This document shows positions 61,739-64,000 of a DNA stretch of 64,000 bases, piece by piece. Under the pieces are notes generated by a model. That model saw only the letters and a program-made list of their open reading frames with translations. It was not told the origin of the DNA and did not search any database. Location of the stretch: positions 18,392 through 82,391 of the forward strand of contig JAQCKO010000002.1 of assembly GCA_027592325.1 (NCBI GenBank). Reading direction: 5' to 3'. This DNA comes from a bacterium (GTDB taxonomy: Bacteria; Patescibacteriota; Patescibacteriia; UBA9934). The stretch's first letter is position 1, and the number at the start of each line of letters is the position of its first letter. Position numbers and translations under genes: made by a program.

Positions 61739-63373
61739 ATGTCGAAGCTCGGGATATTACGGACCCTCTTTGTTGCACTCGTCTTCCTTTATGGTGCGCT
61801 ATTTTTCTCCATGTCGATTGGAGCCACAACAGTGAATAGCCCCGATGCTAACGCGAATATTTTGTTCGCAAAGGCTATCGCAGAAACAGGATTGCCGCTG
61901 ATTGAACAGCCGATTGATTCCGAATACAATCCGATTCTTTTGCCGAGGAGTATGACGAGCATCAACGGCGTTTTGGTGCCGGTCACCTTTTTAGGATTTC
62001 CGGTTTTGCTTGGAATCGCCGAGGCAATCGTGCCTGGCGGAGCGATAGCTGTGACGCCAATTCTTGCGTTACTAGCGCTTTTTGCATTTGGTGCGCTTAT
62101 AGAAACATTGTTTTCAAATAGATCCTTTGGTGTACTTTCAGCGCTTCTACTTGCTCTCCACCCTGCGTTTTGGTATTACGGCATGCGTGTATACATGCAT
62201 AATGTGCCCTTTGTGGCGTTTGGAATTTTTTCAGCATGGTTTCTTTTTGCACGTCCCGTACGAGTGAAAGATTGGCTGAATGATGCACTTGCCGGATTCA
62301 CTTTTGCAGTCGCGGCATGGATTCGTACATCGGAACTTCCTTGGATGCTCGCGCTTCTTGTTATCTATATCGCGTATCGACTCATAAAAAGGAAGGACTG
62401 GATGGGTCCAGCAATCATGATCAGTTCAATTGTCATTGCAGCGATCCCAATGCTCGGTATGCAGACGACGGTTTACGGATCGCCATTTACGCTCGGATAT
62501 CAGGTGAGCCCAGAAAACCCGATTGTTTATGACGGCTATATTGATGAATTGGCTTATTTGGAAGATATTGCTGATGCACCATCGGGATTTTTATCGCGTG
62601 TACTTGATCCAATCCTGCCATTTGGTTTTTCTGAAAAAGCCGTTCTTCGGCACAGTACTCAGTATCTTTTCTTTCTGTATCCTTGGATGAGCGTTCTTGC
62701 GCTTGTTGGGATCGTTTTTATTCTCATCGAGAAAAAAGCGCGGAGTATACCGCAATTAAAGTGGCTCGCCCTTGCGCTTGGTATTGTTTCCGCATGGTTG
62801 ATTCCTGTCTACGGGAGCTGGGTTTTCAATGATAATCCTGATCCGACGCTTTCTACGCTTGGCAATTCGTATGTCCGGTATTGGTTGCCGATTTTCATTT
62901 TGCTCACGCCTCTTGCAGCGCATGGAGTTGAGCGCATGGCAAATGCACTTTCAAACGAGAAGCAGCGATTGAAGGTTATTTTGGTCGGCCTTATGGTGTT
63001 TGCTTGCTACATTGCTTCTGCTTCTCTCATTATCTACGGGCCGGATGGAGTGGGGCAAACCTACGGAGCATTAACATCATTTGAAGAGAAGCGTGATCGT
63101 ATTCTTGAGTTGACGGAAGAGGACGCGCTTCTGGTGGTTGATTCAAGTGACAAATATCTCTTTCCGCATCGCGCTGTGCGCACACCCTTGCGCGACAGTA
63201 CGACGTACTTGCTTATCCCAAAGATGATACAAGAACGGCCTGTTTACTACTTTGGGATATCGCTACCAGAAGAAGATCTTGCATATCTAGAAACGGATCT
63301 TGTGTATCCGCTCCAAATCGATTTGGTTGAAACCATCCGCGATGAGAGTCTTTATAAATTTTATGCGCCCTAA
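61739..63373 (+). CDS. Polytopic membrane protein, possibly GT-C glycosyltransferase (ArnT/PMT-like)
   Basis: 544 aa, many TM segments in the N-terminal two-thirds and a soluble C-terminal domain; sits in the glycan gene cluster. Confidence 0.4.
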   Translation: MSKLGILRTLFVALVFLYGALFFSMSIGATTVNSPDANANILFAKAIAETGLPLIEQPIDSEYNPILLPRSMTSINGVLVPVTFLGFPVLLGIAEAIVPGGAIAVTPILALLALFAFGALIETLFSNRSFGVLSALLLALHPAFWYYGMRVYMHNVPFVAFGIFSAWFLFARPVRVKDWLNDALAGFTFAVAAWIRTSELPWMLALLVIYIAYRLIKRKDWMGPAIMISSIVIAAIPMLGMQTTVYGSPFTLGYQVSPENPIVYDGYIDELAYLEDIADAPSGFLSRVLDPILPFGFSEKAVLRHSTQYLFFLYPWMSVLALVGIVFILIEKKARSIPQLKWLALALGIVSAWLIPVYGSWVFNDNPDPTLSTLGNSYVRYWLPIFILLTPLAAHGVERMANALSNEKQRLKVILVGLMVFACYIASASLIIYGPDGVGQTYGALTSFEEKRDRILELTEEDALLVVDSSDKYLFPHRAVRTPLRDSTTYLLIPKMIQERPVYYFGISLPEEDLAYLETDLVYPLQIDLVETIRDESLYKFYAP

Positions 63374-64000
63374 GTCTCAGCACATTTTATGGATAATCCC
63401 GGTTGCCCTTTTGATTGCATTTGTCATTATTGACATCGACCCATCGGGTGAGCGGTCATTTACATGGAAGCCTGAGGGTGGTTCGCGTGTGATGGACGAT
63501 TGGCTACCGCGTGAACGTACAAATGTCGAGCGCGATGTACTCCGCGTCATCGATGAACCTGTCTATGCCGCGCTTCATGTGCCGCGCAGAGAGTATGTCT
63601 CACTTACGCTCGATATGAATTTTGATCCGGAAGAACAAGATGTGGTTGAAGTAGGGGTGCTCACCGATATTTTTTCTCAGAGTTACCGGCTTGTTCCTGT
63701 GTATCATCGTTTGATTGAAGGGCTTGATTGGCAAGTTGATTACTATGATGAACTCGCGCTTTATACACGCCCGGGTGCTAAAGTGTATTCTTCTCTCGAG
63801 GAATTCTACGCATCTGAAATGTCACATGCGCGTATTGCGACGTATCATGCCGATCTGCTGAAGGTGTATAAAGAAGAGGATTATCGTCCGTTGGGCGGGA
63901 CGCGTACGATCGATTCAAACCTGCGTGGGTTTCATCAGTTTGTCACGTATATTGAAGGAGAGAAGATTGAGTTGACACTCACATATCAGGATCTAGATGA
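63363..64000 (+). CDS. Partial hypothetical protein (3' truncated by window edge), N-terminal TM
   Basis: ATG at 63363 overlapping the previous stop; MRPKSQHILWIIPVALLIAFVIID...; open to the end of the window. Confidence 0.4.
   Translation, partial: MRPKSQHILWIIPVALLIAFVIIDIDPSGERSFTWKPEGGSRVMDDWLPRERTNVERDVLRVIDEPVYAALHVPRREYVSLTLDMNFDPEEQDVVEVGVLTDIFSQSYRLVPVYHRLIEGLDWQVDYYDELALYTRPGAKVYSSLEEFYASEMSHARIATYHADLLKVYKEEDYRPLGGTRTIDSNLRGFHQFVTYIEGEKIELTLTYQDLD

Overview
Bacterial genomic window at about 47% GC that combines housekeeping genes with an accessory-rich second half. The gene content suggests a reduced-genome bacterium, possibly CPR/Parcubacteria-like: ThrRS lacks the TGS domain, pilin-like and giant surface proteins are present, and there are many membrane hypotheticals.

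Housekeeping calls: partial pheT C-terminus, pgi, dnaE, thrS with a candidate T-box leader, miaA, gatB, a thymidylate module (dut-tmk adjacent on the - strand, flanked by a 606-aa ThyX-like protein and a 368-aa long-form Dcd-like protein), rplA/rplK/nusG/secE with an extra membrane-protein gene inserted between rplK and rplA, a dual-specificity phosphatase, gyrB-like, SEDS FtsW/RodA, rplY, prmC-prfA-rpmE.

Accessory calls: GT4/O-antigen-ligase-like/GT4 genes; a GC-rich island carrying a 2OG-Fe(II)-oxygenase-like gene, a DUF1704 (QEGLA-motif) metallopeptidase-like gene and an HTH gene; an ECF sigma/anti-sigma pair followed by a 1436-aa acidic secreted protein; a TPR protein; an RND efflux pair (HlyD-family adaptor plus AcrB-like pump); a type IV pilin-like protein; HU; an S8 subtilase; and an envelope-glycan cluster (UXS-like dehydratase, GT2, DUF2304-like, GT2, GT4, GT4, large polytopic protein, CDP-alcohol phosphatidyltransferase, GT-C-like).

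The most unusual non-genic signal is a family of composite, GC-rich palindromic repeats (modules A, B and C) scattered through at least 9 intergenic regions. Two tandem, unannotated small hydrophobic peptide ORFs lie between dcd and rplA, and a 31-bp perfect palindrome sits on the dcd promoter region. No rRNA, tRNA, CRISPR or transposase was seen. All protein identities are from motif recognition by eye; no database search was possible.
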